Both the position numbers and the translations under genes were made by a program. 64,000 bases of DNA. Origin: Pocillopora damicornis (Eukaryota). A model generated the notes under the pieces. That model saw only the letters and a program-made list of their open reading frames with translations. It made no database searches and was not told where the DNA came from. The DNA lies in contig NW_020845387.1 of the NCBI RefSeq assembly GCF_003704095.1, positions 248,001-312,000 of the forward strand. The letters run 5' to 3'. Shown piece after piece: positions 1 to 13,600 of this stretch; position 1 is the stretch's first letter, and each line of letters starts with the position of its first letter.

Positions 1-111
1 AATAGACTGCAGATAAGGGCACACAGAAGTATGGACTGTACTCGAATGAAACTCAAATTCTCTGCATGGCATAGAATCACAAATGGAACTGTAAAGCTAC
101 TTGCGACATAC

Positions 112-3100
112 CTCACAATGGAGATTTAAAATACAGTATTTGCCAGAGTTGGCCACTCTTCTAATGGAGTCTAAAGCGGTGCCATAATAGTGACCCTCGA
201 ATTCTCCGTGTTCCACGAACTTATGGGCCACAATGTCCGCCTCAAACGTGGGTAGTGGAACAAAGTAATAATCTCTTTCATTGACTTCTTCAGGTCTTTT
301 TGGGCGGCTGGTGTCTAAAGCGGGAAGTATGATGTGAAGTCTAAAGTATGATAATTAAAACACTCCAAAGAACTTTTTTATTACAGTACTCCGCTTGATG
401 TATTAATAGGTGGAAAAATTATAATAAAACAGACAGAGGAAAGGAAGAGCCTACTGATAGATGGTAGACGAGGGCAGAGAGGAACAGACAGATAGACAGA
501 AAGACTGACAGGGAAACGGAAAGAGAGCAAGAAAGGACGGACATACAGGGCGAGCAACGGACGGAGATGGGTGGATAGACCGACAGAGGGAACGAGAAAC
601 AGATGATAGAGTAGAAAGCAGAACAACCGGACACGCAAACGGACAGACAGACAGACATACACACAGACGGACAGACAGAGAGTCACACAATAGGTCCATT
701 AACCAATCGTTTAAGTTTTCGTTTGCACTTTAGGAACGATTCTTTGATTATATGATGACTCAGTGATAAAACGCGAACAGAAATGTACTTACGAGGTACC
801 ACTAGAGCAAAACGTTCTCGTGAAAATAGAATCAACTTTTGTCTTAACTCTTTCCGGCCAACTTTATCAGGTCCTACACAGGAACAAATGGAACAAAAAA
901 TTTACAGAGGATCAATTCATATTTTTCAACCCAACTGCAAAGTCTAAAATGCTTTAAGAGTGATTTGCTTCATATCATTAGCAGAAATAGTCGCGTGAGA
1001 TTAATCTTGGACTTGAAAACTGGAGAGGAGGGTTGGACCCTAGCGAACATTGATTGCAAATACAGACCATCACATCTCTCTGGGCAATGGGACAGGAGTG
1101 GTTGAAGGCGGATAATTTCCCAGCAATGATACTGTGTTCGTTAAAACCAAAAGTGAATGCTTATCTCTGGTTCTGTAACACGAACCAAGAAGAGTACGTC
1201 TTCGCTCTTGAAAGGGATGCTATTCCACCAGAGGTTTCCCAATACCCCCCTCCTCCTCCCCCCTCTATTTCTCAGCTTTCCCTGACAGTTCACTGTTACC
1301 CACTACTAAGTGGAGAGGGAGACTGGGCGAGTTAAGTGTCTTTAAAGTAACAAATCACAGCGACCCAGCCTACCTATAAGAACCACAGGCCGTTTTCTGT
1401 GAGGATCTGGCTGTAAATGCGCCACTTCTTCGTATGTTAACACCTCGTCCGCCACATATTCTAAGGGGAAAAAAAACAGTTTTATGTCAGTGGGAGAGTA
1501 AAACAGAGTAATTCAGTGTTATAAACTGAGTTGATAACGAAGTGCCAATGCTCGAAACGTAAGCTTTGAAACTCTTGACGATGGTCAATTGAAGTTATCA
1601 ACTCAGTTGATAATACCAATCTAACTTGTTACATAATTAGACCGGTGTACAAGGAAATCAAACGTGACGGCGTGATAGTGAATAATGGCAACGTGGAATT
1701 GCTTGGGGAATTACTTTACACCAACCTTCGTTGTGTTTCGCGTTGTAAAGAACCTTTTTCCTTCGCTTTCGCTTGAAACAAAGACATCCACTCTCTGAAG
1801 GTGAAAACAAAACAACATTCTGTTGGTTATACAGTTCATAGTTTGACTTTGGGAGTAAAAAATTATCATGCAGTGTGGTCTTCCGGGTGAGGGTGATATG
1901 GCGAGGCCTGTTGTCGGCGAAAGTGACTGACCACCAGTGAGTTAGAGACAGCTCTAAAATGCAACATTGAAAATCCTTACTTTCTTTGTTGGACGGCTCG
2001 GCTTCTCGAGTTGATTTCTTCATCGATTCTTTCCTGTTGGAAAAAAGGAAAGAAATGAAAAGTTAAATATAATCACCATGAAAATATTGTAGTTGCTAAA
2101 TGTAGCTGATGCGAGCTCTTTTATAAACTTACTGTTGCTGAAAATGCTTGGATGGAATGAGTCCAGCTAATTGTCTGCCTTCCTCGCCTGGTCTCCAAGC
2201 CTACAAACAAAGAAACAAAAAAAATGAATGTTTTACTAACGAACTCGATAACAAATTGGTAGATAATTTCGGGTTGTGGGTAACAGTTTGGGACAACATT
2301 CACCACTGACCTGCCACCAGTTAGGATCTTCTTGATTGACAACATGCAGAATGTCTCTTTTTCTGAATGCTAGTCCCAGTTCCTTGCACGGTATCAACTC
2401 GTCTTCGTAAGGATGGTAGTCGAAGTGCGCGCGCACGTGGACTTCTCTATCAGGTGGGACGCGGGATCGATTGGCTGGATTTAGAACAAATGTTAACGTC
2501 CCGTTCATGTCCGCCAGCAGTTCACAAACCTCTGTTACAGTTTTCCCTCTCATGTTTACTCCATTTATTTCAAGGACTTCATCGCCCTCTTGAAGAAGAC
2601 CTAGGAACCAAACAGCATGTTTAAAAGAGGAAAAGAGAAAGACGCACTGTAGTTCTTCGTTACCTTTCCCCTTAGCTAAAGGGGACTCCTAAGTGAGGTA
2701 GGCCATAACTAGACTTAAATGCGACAAATGTTCTGAACACCGCTAGCATCAGCAAGGTTGAAACCGTTTTGTAAGAGAGAAGATAACAAAGATGATTCTT
2801 ACCACACTTATCTGCTGCACCTCCTTTAACAATTCTACCTATCATCACGGTGCCATTTTCATTCTTTACAGTAGCTCCAAGTGGTTCAGTTGCTTTGTCT
2901 ATTCTCACAATCTTCACATTGTCGTCTTCCACATGAGAGAATTCATCCGTAGGTTGCTGCGGTTCTTGCTGATCTTGGGATTCGGGTGCATCCACTTCCT
3001 GTTCTTCTTCCTCGCTCGGCAAAGCTTCTCTGAAAGCGAGTCTATCATGCGCCATCAGAAGACCCTGAAATGGCGCAATTTTCAGAATACTGTCAAAAGT

Positions 3101-6100
3101 AACCCGGAGACACGCTACATTTGCCTTCTAAGCTCTACGATTGGTATAGATACTCGTACCATCTTCTCAACTGATCAGAGGCAAAAAAATAACCCAATGG
3201 CGATTCAGTCGCAGTTTAGTTGTTTTTACTGATGTCGGGTTTCTTGTGACATTTTACATAAAGTTTGTTGTTGTTGGCCGCTGGGGTAACTTTAGATTTG
3301 GTTATAGAACACTCAATCGAAATGCAACTAATCACAGAATTTGCCTGACAGGGCACAAACCAAGAGAAACGTTGAATTTTCCACAATAGAACATGGATTG
3401 TGTTTCATTTTAAATCACTTCGACACTTGAAAGGTTCGACATTTGATCATGGCATAAGATTTAAAGTCAGCAGATGAAAATACTCCAACACTTAATTGGT
3501 CACCCCGAAAAAACTTTAATTTACCTGAAAGTTTGGCATCTCTAAGATTTGTACCAATTCATCTGCATCTCTTGAATGTCTGGCTGCCTCGAGGGAATGT
3601 TTCAACTGAAATATTCAACAGAATGCGCACTTTAAAACTGAAATTATTTTGTCTTTATTTAAGGAACCTACATAAATGTTTGGATCCCTAAAGCAAACAG
3701 ACAAACAACAAAACAATACAAAAACACTAATAGAAACACCAATGCAAAAGAAATAAGTTTTGATGTAACAAAGGCCTTCTCAGGCTAAGTTTAAGAATAA
3801 TAATTATGCCAAAGTGATGTTTTGATTGACCTTAAAATTCTCATAGCTAGCTTCAAGGTAGCAGTATTGGGAAGTAACGATTAAATCACCTGAGAAGAGA
3901 GATGTTGTGAATTTGTAGCAACAGGTCTGACTGCACTCGGTCCTCGTCCAGATCTTTCAAGTTCAATCATTTTAGTGTAAACCTAAAACCAACAGGAAAA
4001 AATACAGAATTAAGCAAGAGACACTGGTTACATCCCTAACTTATTATTCTTCTTGATCACGTATTGAAGCAGTTATCAAATCCGTACTCACTTTTGTTGC
4101 ATCTTGAAAATCTTTCTGCTCCAAGAGGTTTTCCACAAACGAAATTCCTTCTCTGTCGTTACCACTTTGCAGCTTTGATTTTAGTTCACTGATGCCTGGG
4201 AAAAACAGTTCTTTCTCTGCTGCTCCTTGTAAACAAAACAACAACAGTTATTCTAAAGTAGAAAACAAACTTTGCTATTGACTAGAATGTATTAAATCCT
4301 TGTTAGTAAATAGATAATATGTTCTGCCAATTAAATTGGCAAAAACAATCCTAAATAACAAGGTAATTTTGTATTATCAACTGAGCTGATAACATAAAGT
4401 GGCCATTGTTAAGAGATATAAAGCTTAAGTTTTAAAGTTTGAAAATCTCAAGTTGTATAGCTTTGGAACTCTTAACAGTGGCCAATTGACGTTACCAACT
4501 CAGCTGATAATACTAAATTACCTTGTTATAATATCTCACCAACGCAACACCACAGTTTCTTTAGCGGAAACTTACCCCCTTTTTTCATTTCTGTATAACT
4601 ATTGAGTGTTTATTTTCTAAAAACTGAGGATTGATCACACAGAAGGAAAAAGAAGTGGTCTTCTTCAATGATTATTCAAAGCTTATTGAAAACATTTATA
4701 AACAAATACATGTTAGGTGCAATTTCTCTGCACCATATCATTACATTTTTCAGTAAATGGACAATAAGAAAGAAAAATAAGTCCGCTAGATGGGGCTATA
4801 CTGACTTGCTTTAACATAAGTGACACTTCTTCCAGGTTGCTGAGCACAAGAGAAGTGTAAAAGTCACTTGAGGTAATAGTCAAGCAAGACTCTAGCTTCT
4901 TGAGTGCTTAGCAAACCTCCTGTGTGTATCTATAACTCAATAGTGTATGCTGTGGTGTTTACCATTTGTTTCATAATATAACATTGATACATTATAGGAA
5001 AAGAGTTCCCTTTAGTTGAGCTAAACCTGTTTGTGCAGTCTTATATGACCAGACAAAACAAGTGGGCAAAAACTAGTCATTGTGCAGCTCTACTAGTTAT
5101 TAAAGTAATTGTGATCACATTTCCTGAAATTCATGAAAAAAATTCTTTCTCAGTTTTGTATCTATAGACAATCAGTACAAATGTTCCATCATGAGCAAAG
5201 CATCAGATGTCACATCTGCAGTGTACACCCATGGGCAAAAGTAGACACTGCATTGACCAATCAGAGTGTATGCTTTTAGTTGTTTATGTTTTAATGAGGG
5301 ATAAGCTCCTACCTGGATGATCTTTTTCATTGTCGCTATCATAAGCTTGATTATGCAGAGCCCATGTATCATCATCATCATCATCATCCACATCAACAGC
5401 TGCCTCTATAGCATCCAGCTTTGTCAAATCAATGAGTGGTGTTGAGAGTGACTTGTGTTTCTGTAAGTTTGATTGAGCTAAGTTTTTCCCTGATATTCCA
5501 AAACTTTTATTGCCAACATCTTTATTCCACCCAGGGTCAGTTGGTGAGACAACACCAATGTCTCCATTTCTATAAAATTTATCACTGTTGTGTGATCCTT
5601 CTGATTCAGCATCAGAGTTGTAATATTGGAATTGTGGATCACTCTCATGCTCTCTCATGATTTGCTGAAGTTTATCTCTTGTGCCTGTATCCACTTGCCC
5701 ATTGTAGTTTCCATTTATTCCATCATAAACATCTATACCATTGTTTAGCCCTAAAAAACAACAACAAAAAATTCATTATTTTCTAAGTCCATTGAGATTA
5801 CCAGTCTTTGATCTGGTTTCCCTCACTCTCAAGATTAGGACACCAAGAAAATTCAGCAATGTGCAACAGGTATTAAACATTGATTCAATCTAGGAAGCCA
5901 CTGAAGTCACAAGTATTTAAATTATGTTTTTATGCATTACTACTTTTCTCAATTGGTTTTGCTCTAATCTGAAACACTGATATCTCTGATTCTGATCAGT
6001 TACAATTAAATTGTTGTAGATAATCAGGTAAAGCTATTCTTTCTAAAAACATAAATAAACTCTAAGTCCATTCATTTTCTGACAAATAAGTTAACAACAG

Positions 6101-7644
6101 ATCCATGACCCTCTTCAAAACATTTATTTACTAACCTTGAAAAGATCTTCGTCCTCTCCTTACTTTCAGTGCAATGACCCTGTTTCTAAGACACTAAATA
6201 TAAAATGAAAAAAGATCCAATTACATCATGCATGACACAAGCTTCATGACCACTTGATTTCCAAAAGAAAACAGCAAACTGAAAGAGGAAGTTTTAACCC
6301 TTTAAATGTGCTTTGCTAAAAACATTTTGAACTTTTTAACATTAACTAGGATTCCATCAATTCTATTGAAGTATCAAAATAAATGATTTTAAAATTATTT
6401 TTGTATAAACTTAAAGACATACTTTGTGAATACTTAAAATGACTTCTGTGTGGCTAAGGTTGGTTACAGGCTCTCCATTCACTTCCAAGATCTCGTCATC
6501 AACCAGAAGACCAGTTTTTGCAGCAGGAGAATCTATTAAAAATATAAACAAATACTTATTAGTATTAAACCCAACCTGAGCAACTTTCATGATAACACAG
6601 AGCAATTCATTCTTCACTTCAGTTATAACTTTATACAATGGAAAATTAAATAAAACTTAAACAAGAGGTACAAATGTTACATCATGTCATGAAGTCAGTT
6701 CACCTTTGGAGATTTCATCAATTCTTGGTGGAAATCCCTCATCTACTCCTCCCATAACAGAGAAGCCAAATCGTTTTTCATCACCAAGTATTCTGACATT
6801 AACAGCAAACTCCACAGCATCATCTCCCTGTGCAGATCAAAGTAAAGACACAAAATGTCAGCCTTTTATTAGAATTATATAACAATTTATACATGTTAAC
6901 CAATACCGGCCTTTTTTCTCCTCAAGACCTGGATTCAAGTTCTACTCTCTGACCATAATAAACATTCTTTTTTATATCCGTTCTGACAATTATACTTGAC
7001 TTTCCCAGTACATGTACCTCTCATGACCTAAGAGTATACATGGGTACATGAAAACTCTCAGGAAAACCTAACAAATTCAGAGGGGTAACTCTGCTATACA
7101 CCAGCATACCATTCTGCAGTACTCCCAATCAATTCCTGCTAGGAGAATGGGTCTTCAAGCTTATAAGATGAGTCACCCTTATTATTCAAGGATGGAGAGA
7201 AACTGAACAAACTACATGTACAGTCCTCATACATCACATTAGCCCTAACGTCAAGACACATATTTTCCATACTGTTCTCTACACATTTCCTTAGGTGTTG
7301 ACCAAAAGAATATGTTTAACAATCAAGAACTTCTTTAGTACATGAACATTTCCTTTATCCTTGTGACCAAAATGTTTGATTCAGAGGTGATACTGTGAGG
7401 GAAAAGTAGATGCTAGTCACTCTGAGGGTTAACAATAAGGTAACTCTAGCTGGTGGCTCCATCCCTGTGATAGCTAATGGCTATACTTCACTGGTTAGAT
7501 GCCTCAGGCCATACCATGCAATAATGTTTTAGTCACACTTACATTGGCCATTGTATTATTATTATCAGCATAGCCATTTGTAAGGTGCATTGGTATTGAG
7601 TTTTCCTGTCTTAATCCTCCATTCATGTGAGGTCTGTCTTCCAT
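112..7644 (-). CDS. MPP5: MAGUK p55 subfamily protein, MPP5/PALS1/Stardust-like (extra PDZ, L27, L27, PDZ, SH3, HOOK, GUK); 3' end lies outside the window
   Basis: Frame-consistent GT-AG exons: 7644-7543, 6827-6704, 6532-6423, 6193-6136, 5750-5313, 4195-4092, 3982-3890, 3605-3525, 3064-2803, 2600-2311, 2200-2133, 2033-1981, 1794-1726, 1460-1374, 873-793, 314-112. Motifs: L27C '[10 protein letters not shown]'; PDZ '[39 protein letters not shown]'; SH3 '[43 protein letters not shown]'; '[16 protein letters not shown]'; GUK '[24 protein letters not shown]'. The start codon at 7644 is tentative and upstream 5' exons may exist (for example a donor near 13404). Confidence 0.85.
430..685. repeat. 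Degenerate (GACA/GACG/GATA)n purine-rich microsatellite in an MPP5 intron
   Basis: acagacagatagacagaaagactgacag... acagacagacagacatacacacagacggacagacagagag. Confidence 0.85.
1475..1632. mobile_element. Degenerate copy of the palindromic Penelope-associated dispersed repeat
   Basis: Shares 'gtgggagagta..aactgagttgataacg' and 'gctcgaaacgt..ttatcaactcagttgataatacc' with the copies at about 4360, 15635, 25275 and 54045. Confidence 0.6.
4355..4580. mobile_element. Degenerate copy of the same palindromic dispersed repeat
   Basis: Inverted arms 'ataacaaggtaattttgtattatcaactgagctgataac' and 'gttaccaactcagctgataatactaaattaccttgttat', followed by 'caacaccacagtttctttag'. Confidence 0.65.
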
Positions 7645-10600
7645 TCTTCTGTGGGAATAATTATTAGCAGGGACCCTGGCAGTTGGCTGTTGAAACAAAG
7701 AAAAGAACTTTGTCAGAAAAACACAAAACAGAAAATTACAAAATTAACAAACAAAAATAAAATTTAAAAAAAACCCACAAACAAAAACAAAAGCAAAACA
7801 AAAAGCATATCAGATTAATCACAACACATAACTGACAATGAGACTTTTACATTTCATTAAATTGATCTCAGTGTTTTCTGATTATCTGCCTGTATGAGTC
7901 ATTTTATCTCATGTACATACTGAACAATGATAACAGGTAGTTTTTAACTGTGTTTTTATGCACCAGCAGAAGCTTCCCAAAAAAAACTAAATTGGGCCAT
8001 CTATGGCAACAACCACAAACTGTAATCTAGATTTGGAAGAAAGAAATATACTTTTTCAGCAGTTAAAATTCAGAATTCAACTAGAGACACAAAACTTTAC
8101 AGAAGATGGCATCAGAAAAACAATATCACTCTGCCTAACCATTTGTAGTGTTCAATTCACGTATAAATCTGGTCTTAAAAAGCATCAATTTTTTTTCACT
8201 GTTCCATATGATCAGTAATGTATACATGCTTATATGGTACAACACAGAAGTCAGAAATTTATTTACACATTGAAAGTAATGTTGTAAAGCTTACTGCAAA
8301 ATATTGGTTACACAGAGAGACTTATGATTGTAAATATTGTCACATGTTAAAACAAGAGTACTGGTTATGTGGTTGAATTTGTTTATAAACCACAAGTCAG
8401 TCTTGAACAATTGAGAATGGATGCATAATATAATTTAGTTTAAGCTTTCTGCTCTGTTAGGCAAGCATTTCTTAATGAAGGCATTCTTTAATCAAATATG
8501 AAAGAAACAAAAGAGCCATAACAAATGCAAGTACTGAGCTCTTAGAGGGCTGAGTAATCTAACATAGGAAGGAATGTGAGATAAAGAACAGTAGTTGCAG
8601 CCAACATCACTGGGCAAATCAAATGGCACTTGCATATTGTAAATACTTGTGTACAAAAATTCTACCATGTCTATTTCACTCAGCTGTCCTTTGTTATTAA
8701 TACAAAATATGAGTAAACATTGATCAAGCATTCCAAAAGATCTTGGACAATGAATGCTGCTCTGTAAATAAGAACCCTAAGATTGAACTAATGAGCTCTA
8801 CAACTGAATTAAGCCACTAGCAAACTGAGTGGGAAATTACTTTCATGAACGAGGCTTTCATGAACTAGGCTCCAATATGGCAGAATTCATTAAAATGAAC
8901 CCTCAGGCACAAGGGGTTACCAACTGACATAAAATGTGAAAGTTGACAAGAGTCACAAACAATTAATGGACAGAACTTTACTTAACAACTGGCCCAGCAT
9001 TTCAGTTGATGATAAACCCACAGCAGATCACTTCAAATAATATCTTCTGAGCGCACTATCACGGCATCTATCTGATTTTGATATTATCAAAAGTAGCAGT
9101 GCATGATGGAATCTACAGAATCTAAATAGATAACATATTTTTATACATGGTAAACTTGTTGGTTGACTTTAAGTTGTCACCTAAGAGCTACAAGTAATAG
9201 ACACCCCCTTAAAAAAATAATTCAATAACAAATAACTAAGAAATGGTACTCTCATTTCATTGCAATTTGCTTTAGTTATGCCATATACTTTGTTCAGTGA
9301 TCCCTTCCTCCATTCAACATCTTGAGAACAATTAAGCCACAAAAAACTTGTTTATAATTCATTAGTTTTTCTCTGTTTATGGAGTCACATACCTTTACTG
9401 TTATGGTACCATCACTTTCCCTTTGAAAATTGCTAACATCAAGTTTAGGTCCTCTGTAGTAAGACATGCTTTGAATAGTGCACCCAAGCCAGTATAAAGT
9501 GCTCACAACCTGACAATGAACATATTTTTCTTATTTTTTAGGGGAAATAAACACAGAAAACCAGGCTAATAGTCACATCCTGGCCAAGAAAAACTAAAAT
9601 AATAAGTTCATAAGCCATAAGTTTATTTATCCTGATTAACTTCTAATCAGATTACATTCACCTTATGGGTAAATTATATTTGAGGCACTCGAGTTACCAA
9701 GACCACATGTAACATATTTTCTCACTAAAAAAAGCTTCTCTGTCTGTTGATTGTCTTTGTAAACTTCCCAGCCCTTGGTTTACCTTGTAAACCTCTATCA
9801 ATATGTTTACATAGTGAATATAATAATGCTAATACTTCTTACAGTAACACCTTAACTTGATTTTCTTAGAAGGTCCATGAGAAAAACAAAATTAATACAG
9901 TAATTATTTATATCAAGCTTTAAAAAAAGACTAAATAAAACATGATAATTTTATCCATTACCTTTTGAACAACTTCATCTTCTGATTTGTAGTTGCTAAA
10001 CATAACAAATCAAAGTAAATCAAATGAATTAAAAAATATGGATCTTTAAAAAGATAGCCTGCCACACTAAAAAGTAATGCTCAGCTGTACAAACTGAATC
10101 CAAAGCAGTTGCTGCTTGTAATTTTGATTCACTAATACTGCCATACATTTAATGTGTTATTAGCTGAGAATAATTCAATGAATTGTCAAAAATAATTACA
10201 TCACATTATCTCCTGCTTCTAAATCCTGAGGATCGAAAAGTTGCCAAGCACTCAGACCAAGATCAGAACAAACACGCAAGAACTTTTTTAGGTTTATCTG
10301 CAAAAAATGTCAACAATAAATCATTAGTTAACTATTCGTATGTAATAAACTCATTTTTATCGTCTACAAAGCTCAAAATGTCACATCATAAATGGTTCAC
10401 AAACATGGATTATTTCACGGCATCAAATTTGGATGATATTTATGAGACAACATGGAAAAAGTTGGGCTGCATCTCTAAGTTTAACTTAATCAAATCTGTC
10501 TGGATCTTCTTCACACCTCATGTTAGCTTCCTTGTTTCTTTAGGCTTCATCTATGATTGTGTGACTTTTTTTAAAACAGAATTCTTACAAGTGTCACCAG

Positions 10601-13600
10601 GAAATGGGGTCACAGCTGAGACTATTTTGACAGGGTCCTAGCCATTGAACCAACCGTCAATTGTTATGAAATCTAATTACATCCTATACCAAACTTAAAT
10701 CTGCTTAGTTTAATATCGTCAGTTCCATTTTTATTTTCACCTTTAGGGTCTCAGACAGCTTTTAGACTATGACTAAGTCTTAACTCAAATATTACTCTAA
10801 AGCTGATCCCAAGAAATGAACCCTACAAGGTAAGTGTGCATACTATATGTATGTATATACAATAATTTTGTTAAAACATTCTGAATAAACAGCAAACATC
10901 TGACGTATCACTGAAATCACCCTGATTTAAAAGAGCTCAGGGAGGTAAGCAAAAACTGTTAGTAATGATGATTTGGAAAATAAACTCTCACAATAACACA
11001 ACTAAATGTACTTCACACTTTCTTCAGTTCAATTAGATCATGAAAGGAAGGCCGCATCAGATACAAAGGATTAATTGCCAACCAGCATTAGGCCATTTAA
11101 ACATGATTCTCAATTTTTTGTTGTTTTGACAAAACACAGTAAATTACACATAATTATTTTCAAGCCACCTGTGCAATAAGTACACTTTTACTTGGACCCT
11201 CTCAAGTCTTTGTTGATAATGGAGCCAATTGTTTTGGGTCAATCACGGCTGTTAAAAATCCATCTGATCACTTGAGTATAAATTACTTCACTGAGAAAAA
11301 TTTCACTGCCAGAAAAAGAATTGCAACATGCAGTCAAAGAGTTGCTCTTCACTCCAAGAATACAGGATTCTAAAGTTCCAGCTCCATTATACACTACATT
11401 TTTCTTTTTGTTGACATGCAGTCAAATTGTAAATCCAAAGCTGTTTAAATTTGACATTACATAATTATAAAAAAAAAATTCAGCAGTACTCATATCTCTA
11501 AATATTCATTTCAAAACAGGACAAACACCAACTAAAATTAGTTACATGAAAATTATCAAAGATGAACTCTAAAATTGCAACAATTGATTAATGTGTGAAT
11601 TAAGTTTAAGTCTAATCTAGTCAATTATCTTACATGAAGACATTCTCATATTTTACTTAGATAAGTTGTGTATCAATTGGGTATTGTCTACACCAGCATG
11701 AACATTTCAATAATAATTTTATCAATGGTCTTAATTTACACCAATGCTCTACTCTGTCTGTTTCTAGGGGCTTTCACTTCATTACATCACTTGACTGAAC
11801 TGGCAGATAATGAGATGTTAAAGACCATCAAGCACACATTTAAAATGGTTTAACAGCAGACAATGACACCCCTGATGTCATTAAGACTGTGTTTATGTTA
11901 GGAATACAAACAGTGAATGATAGAAGCCAGTTATAAAACTGGCTCAATAGTAAGTTTCTTGGTTTACACAATAAATAGTATCCCAAAACTTGTCTAGGTT
12001 TTAATACTTTCTGTCCCAATTGGATTTCTAGTGTCATATATTTTTTACTTAACACTCATACACTCAATCTTGATAGAAATTTTGCACAATTTTTGTCACT
12101 AAACTTAAATTATTTAACTTGTTCAAATTTCTTATCATTCCTTTATTTGGCTCAATATTGTAGCAAGAACGAATATTTGTGATGTAATTAAACTGAAATA
12201 GCCATGTAATAAAGATTTTCTGTTCAACAATATTACATTAGAAAAAGTGAGGAAAACAACTTTGTCTCGTAACAAATTTAACAATTAGAAATTAAAAATT
12301 TTCTAAAATAAAAATTTCAGGTTGAAATGTTTATCTGATAGCATGATAAAGCATCTCAATGATGGTGTGAGAAATATGCACTTTGCTGACCAAAAGCTGG
12401 CCAAAACAACATATTTTGGGATTTAGGTGATTAAACTCAAAGCTGGTCACGAAACTTGGCAATTACTCATTCACACCTACAGCTGCTGCCGATTCGAAAA
12501 TAAGTATGGAATGTACAGAAACATGTGTATTTCTAGAACAATTGATCGTGACAACAATAATTTTCATACTCTATAATATTGCACCCAGGAGCCCTTCGAA
12601 ATATCGTGGCTCAATAAAACATTGATTGATTGAATGAAATCATCGTCTTGAGACATTGGATTCTGTCAACAAATGCAAATTATCATGCCAAAGAATGGCG
12701 TATCAAAGACGTTGTGTGATTTTCACAAAAGCGAAGAATTACACTACAGGAGCGGATTATTCTCCGAATATTTGAGACCGAGTCTTTAAATGTAACCTAT
12801 CTAGACATTACTGTTTCAGATTCACTTGAAATTAACTTCATTTTGAAACAATCACGTTTCCTGTTGGCGTTTTTGTACGATGACTAACTAAACGTATCCA
12901 CAACAATGGCGGCGATGATATGAACTAGTTTCCGGTCGCAACAAGCAAATTTTCGCACCATGTAGTGTTGTTGGTGACCTTTGCAACAACTAAGGTTTCA
13001 AAAAAATTCGTGGGAAGCATAATTTACACTTAAGATGAAAATTTACTCCATTATCCAGTAAAACGTACGGTCCATATCTCCCTTCCACCATATTGCTAAG
13101 CAGACCGATTGTCACGAATGTTTTCATTAGTTATATACACAACTTGAGGCATGACTTGGAGAAACGAGTGAAAGTTCAAATTTTCGATTAGCCTTGTACC
13201 ATCCAATTGTTAACATTAATTAGGAATAAACCGTTTTCCTCATCATAACAGCAAGGAACCGCAAAACACTAAACTTAAAACAATTATATTCGAGTGCTTA
13301 CTAGCCGTATCCTCTACGACATTAAAGGAACGTCGAGCGTTCGAAGTGCAATTCACCGACACAGAAAGAACTACAAAGAGTCAGACAGAAGTTTCTTACA
13401 ATACCTGAGATTCCTGAGGGGTTGGATTTTCGTTCACATCTTGAATTATCGACGAATCTGGTTGTATTCGCTTCACAAGACTGCAGATCGAGAACAAATA
13501 TACGATGAGCTCAGTGGTATGCAGTGGTAAGCTTATCCTGGGCCTCAAGCCAACATGTCTTTATAAAAACTTACTAGCACAGTAGAACGCCGTCTTGCAG

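Noticed and set aside
381-699. Three overlapping minus-strand ORFs rich in S/V/C/L
   Set aside because: They are translations of an intronic GACA-type microsatellite
4806-5215. Possible MPP5 microexons 5215-5179 ([13 protein letters not shown]) and 4839-4806 ([11 protein letters not shown])
   Set aside because: Together they exit in phase 0, but the next exon needs phase 1; the gene splices in frame without them. Unresolved without RNA data.
10183-10641. 152-aa plus-strand ORF
   Set aside because: Non-ATG start, AT-rich, no recognisable motif; lies antisense within or upstream of the MPP5 5' region
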